Program-made: the position numbers and the translations under genes
Assembly: GCF_000315625.1 (NCBI RefSeq)
Contig: NW_005434587.1
Span: forward strand, 231,336-295,335
Length of the DNA stretch: 64,000 bases
From: Guillardia theta CCMP2712
Taxonomy: Eukaryota > Protista > Cryptophyta
Direction: 5' to 3'
Notes under the pieces: model-generated
The model's database searches: none
Seen by the model: only the letters and a program-made list of their open reading frames with translations
What the model was told of the DNA's origin: nothing
Shown here: one piece after another, positions 62,826 to 64,000 of the stretch
Layout: the number at the start of each line of letters is the position of its first letter
Numbering within the stretch: position 1 is the first letter of the stretch

Positions 62826-63607
62826 TGATCCCCTGCTCCTTGATCCCCTGCTTTTCCTCCATCCTTGCTCCTCCTTCCCTAACTTGTCAAAATAGGGAAG
62901 AAAATTTCTCTCCCGAGAATTCTCAGCTTGAGCGTCATCCTCTTGAAGTCTCTCAGATCAACTCGCAAGTCTGTGGCGAGGAGAAGGAGAGGGAGGAGGA
63001 GGAGGAGAGGGGAAGCGGTGTTCCATGGAGCCGCTCTCCTTTGATGCCGGGGCATGCTGCTCCTGCTGTTTGGGATGTTCAAAGTCGACCAGCAAACTGC
63101 ATCGCAGCAGCAAGAGAAGTTGAAGATCCGCCTTGGTTGAGGAAAGACAACGACATCATCCCGTTCCATCAAGGAGGAGGAGGGGAAAGAGTAGGTGAAG
63201 GCAGTGGAACAAGAGGAGCAGCAGGGGAAAGAGGAGGCAGACAAGGAGAAAGAGGAGGAGTAGGTGGTGGAGGAGAGCCAGGTAGAGGAGGAGAACGAGG
63301 AGGAGAAAGAAAAGGAGCAGGAGCAGGAGCAGGAGGAGGAGCAGGAGAGCGATTGCACTTTTCTGCGACATGGGAGGATGGAGCGAATAAGTTCGGTCAG
63401 CCCTTCTCGGACCTTCATGCTGCTCCTCCTGCGCGGACGGGCCGGCAGCCGCGCAGCTTCCGGATTCAAAAGTTCAGGCAAGTGACAGGGGAAGAGCCCA
63501 AGGGTAGGCCGAGAGGAGGAGGAGGAGGAGGAGGAGGAGGAGGGGAGCTGCGAGTGTGTGCCTTGGAGGAGGAAGGAAGAGAAAATTTCAAGACAGGCGA
63601 ACGCTGA
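62120..63607 (+). CDS. Hypothetical multi-exon protein
   Basis: Exon-like segments SLEKRLQQQINALVEQMH, DKKKLKRVHSMSRVQAEQLKRLSDFVSYHWQ and EENFSPENSQLERHPLEVSQINSQ, separated by repeat-filled introns. Confidence 0.3.
62375..62520 (+). repeat. 21-bp polypurine minisatellite (TGGGAGGSAAGGGAGGAGAGG)
   Basis: About 6 tandem units. Confidence 0.9.
62658..62826 (+). repeat. (CCTGCT)n microsatellite
   Basis: Direct reading. Confidence 0.95.
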
Positions 63608-64000
63608 GGACGTTTTGAACTCACTCAAGTCTACCTGGTTGCAGTAGACACCTTGTGGTCAATAGGCCGGGGAGGAGAGGTGGTAATGGCGGCAGGCGGA
63701 TCGGCAGGCAGAAATTGTCGACGAGCAGATCAAGGGAGGAGGAGGGGAGAACGAGAAGGGACCGTAGAAGGAAAAGGGAAGGAGCAGGAGCAGGAGCAGG
63801 AGCAGGAGGAGCTTACAAGACATTCTCTTTTATAGAATCTTTTCAGATCTCATCGTATGGTGTGTTGGCCATCCAGTTGTCAGATGTCAACTCGGGCGTA
63901 TTTACAATCACATACTTCATTGCCCGCATCCTCGGCCACAGAACAACTTCTGTAGCAACAAGTCAGGACTCCTCCTCCTCCTCCTCTCATCCTCCTCCGC

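Overview
Eukaryotic nuclear DNA. It is gene-dense, with many short (~45-70 nt) spliceosomal introns, purine/pyrimidine microsatellites inside introns, and two 100-N assembly gaps. A signal peptide followed by Phe (plastid-targeting-type presequence), an RWP-RK gene and an axonemal dynein light chain point to a flagellated alga with a complex red plastid, most like a cryptophyte such as Guillardia theta (inference). About 20 genes can be traced by hand-splicing. Recognisable ones: an RRM protein, an AT-hook protein, a Tudor-like/2xHMG-box protein, a PRELI protein, p28/DNALI1, a FYVE protein, mitochondrial bL21, an NDP kinase, an RWP-RK factor and three kinases. The most notable observations are: (i) recurrent islands of sequence-diverse perfect palindromes, with GGGTAGGG and TTTACTCAA motifs, immediately 5' of genes; (ii) three unusual kinase fusions (PH-AGC-PH-MORN, RING-TKL-polyQ-beta-helix, TPR-ABC1-TM); (iii) a tandemly duplicated unrecognised domain in the HMG protein; (iv) an NDP kinase with a signal peptide. 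All gene models are manual and lack transcript support. No rRNA, tRNA, CRISPR array or recognisable transposase was seen.
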